Below are positions 61,355-64,000 of a stretch of 64,000 bases of DNA, piece after piece. The notes beneath the pieces were generated by a model. That model was not told where the DNA came from and did no database searches. It worked only from the letters and a program-made list of their open reading frames with translations. The DNA is taken from assembly GCF_036365525.1 (NCBI RefSeq), contig NW_027140807.1, positions 62,001 to 126,000 on the forward strand. Reading direction: 5' to 3'. A program made the translations under genes and the position numbers. Numbering within the stretch: position 1 is the stretch's first letter; the number at the start of each line of letters is the position of its first letter. Source of the DNA: Heterodontus francisci (Eukaryota).

Positions 61355-62700
61355 CAGAAAAAGACAGAAAAAGTCAGAAAGAGAGAGAGAAATGATAGAA
61401 AGAGAAATAGAGAAGACAGAAAGATACAAAGAAAGAGAGAGAAAAAGAAGGAGAGAAAAGATAGAAAGAGACAGAGAAAAGATAGAAGTAGACAAGAAAG
61501 AGAGAGACAAGGTGAGAGTAAAAGAAAGAGAGAAAAGATAGAAAGAGAAAGAGAGAAGATAGAAATAGAAAGAGAGAAGATAGAAAAGAAAGAAAGACAC
61601 AGAAACAGAAAAGAGAGAGAAACTCAGAGAAATAGAGAAAAGACAGAGAGACAGAAATAGAGAAAAGACAGAAAAAGGTCAGAAATAGAGAATTGAAGGA
61701 AAGTCAGAATAAGAAAAAGGACAGAAAGAGAGAGAAAAAGAGGAGGGGAAAAAGTGGAGGGAAAGAACAAAGACTCAAAGAAATTGCAGGCACCAAAGAG
61801 ACAGACAGAAAGCCAATGAGAAAGACACAGAGAATCACAGAGAGATTGAAAGAGATGACAGAGAAAGCCATTGAGACAGAAAGACGCACAATCACTCAGA
61901 GAGAGAGAGAAACACAAAGTGAGGGAGAGAGAGAGAGATGGAGGAACACAGAGAGGGAGAAATACAGAGAGCAGAGATTGAGGAACAGAGAGAGAGAGAG
62001 TAACAGAGTCAGAAATACAAAGTGAGGGAGAGATTGAGAAATAGAGAGAATGAGAGAGAGATTTAGTGCGAGAGAGAGAGTGATTGAGTGCGAGAGAGAG
62101 AGAGACATTGAGTGCGAGAGAGAGAGAGAGGGAGAGATTGAGTGCGAGAGAGAGAGAGACTTCAGTGCGAGAGAGAGAGAGATTCCAGTGCGAGAGAGAG
62201 AGATTTCAGTGCGAGAGAGAGATTTCAGTGCGAGAGACAGAGATTTCAGTGTGAGAGAGAGAGATTTCAGTGAGAGAGAGAATTCAGTGAGAGACAGAAT
62301 TCAGTGAGAGAGAGATTCAGTGAGATTCAGTGAGAGAGATTCAGTGAGAGAGATATTGAGTGAGAGAGAGATTGAGTGAGAGAGAGATTGAGAGAGCGAG
62401 AGATTGAGTGAGAGAGATTGAGTGAGAGAGAGATTGAGTGAGAGAGAGATTGAGTGAGACAGAGATTCAGTGAGAGGGAGATTCAGTGAGATAGAGATTC
62501 AGTGAGAGAGAGATTCAGTGAGAGAGAGATTGAGTGACAGAGAGAATTCAGTGAGAGAGAGAATGCAGTGAGAGAGAGAAATCAGTGAGAGGGAGATTGA
62601 CTGAGGGAGACTGAGTGAGAGAGAGAATTCAGTGAGAGGGAGATTCAGTGATAGGGAGATTCAGTGAGAGAGACTGAGTGAAAGAAACTGAGTCAGAAGG
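61355..62700. repeat. GA-rich simple repeats including (GAGATTCAGTGAGA)n
   Basis: Direct inspection. Confidence 0.85.
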
Positions 62701-64000
62701 AGGGAGAAAGGGAGAGAGAGACAATAAAGATGTGATACACACCATCCCACACCGTCTGCGTTCCATCGTTGGACTCTAACACCATCTCTCCATCAACTCA
62801 TCCATGGGGAAAAGATCCTGGAGAGGGGCATTGGGGTGGGATTTGGAGATAAGCGTCAGGACTGGGACAGAGAGAGCAGGGGAATCAGACTGGACATTCA
62901 CACACACACATACACTGTAATCAGCTTGCAATTCACCTGGGCACAGAGACACAGAGACTGAAACACAGAAACTCACCTTCAGAAACCAGCCGCATGGAAA
63001 GAAAGAATGGAGGCTGATGTTGTCCTAATATATCCCAGAACCTGTCACTCAAAACAGCCAGTCCACCCAAAATACAGCTTATCCAACCAGCTACAAGCTT
63101 CCTCCATCTGGACACTCCCTCCCAGGTATGAGACAGTCCAAGGTGAGTTTCTGTGCAAACAGGGAATGGTAGAGAGAGGGATATTCCAGCCATATCCCAA
63201 ATGGACCATTCCAGACAGAAACCTGTCTGTCTCTCTCTCCCTCCCCCAAAAACCTCATGAACAGAGCAGAAAAGCTGCTGTCATTTAAAACCTGGAGGGG
63301 CCGGTTTGGATAATGGCCATTTAACACTGATTGTATTAAATGTCTTTCACTATTCACATCCAGTTAACAGAAAGTTCAGAAAATGACTCACTGCAATTAC
63401 CTTGAAATTGTGACAAAGTGTTATTGCTGGAGAGGCCGGTTTGACTGCAGTATAAACAGGCAGTTTTTATTCGGTTTTTCAATTTCACTGTATGACAAAG
63501 AGTGAAACTGGAGCCAGGTTAATGCGGCAGCCAAGAGAACTTTTATAACCAGTGACATTTCACACAACAATTCGTACCCAAATTTACTGTTATATTTGTC
63601 AATGATTCTTTGTAGTTTATTTGCTGCTGCTGTATTTATGCATTAGCCTGTAATCAATCGAAAAAACCTCCTGAACATTCGCCAGTTTAATGTTACAAGG
63701 GTTTACAAAGCTGGGAAATGGACATTTATCTTAAATGATATTTAAGATCTTCCACTTTTCACTTCCAGTTTATATAAAGTTCAGTGATAAAGACCTCCAC
63801 ATTCTGACAAAGAGTTTTTACTGCTGCAATAAAGTGTCACTTGTTTCCATTTGCTTCCTGACTGTTTCTTTCCTCTGTTCTCCTGGGGGATTCAGAGGGA
63901 TTTTTGTTCATTGTTTGTCCAAATTCCTCTGCAGCTGCTGTCCTGGAGAAATTAATTATATTGTATTCAAAATCTTTCCCTCAGTTTGGAGATATGAGGA

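Overview
Vertebrate genomic DNA, most likely from a cartilaginous fish (inferred from the CR1 LINE, Penelope-like and Deu-domain SINE-like repeats and the V sequences). Bases 1-32 kb hold part of a T-cell receptor beta variable (TRBV) array. Ten V segments are present, each with a 3' recombination signal (RSS). Seven look intact, with a leader exon, a phase-1 intron, a V exon and a 23-bp-spacer RSS. Two are full-length pseudogenes, one is a 3' remnant cut by a LINE, and two orphan leader relics also remain. Eight of the ten belong to a tandemly expanded 'CAWS' family resembling mammalian TRBV30, and one of these is inverted. Each unit of the tandem array carries a co-oriented CTCF-like motif 3' of its RSS. 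No D, J or C segments were seen. The rest is repeat-dominated: a near-intact full-length CR1, a 3'-truncated CR1 with three 160-bp 5' monomers, a 5'-truncated sister copy, many fragments, a ~9.7 kb purine-rich satellite and several minisatellites. Both CR1 ORF1/ORF2 junctions carry an in-phase U_UUA_AAC slippery heptamer, with ORF2 in the -1 frame.
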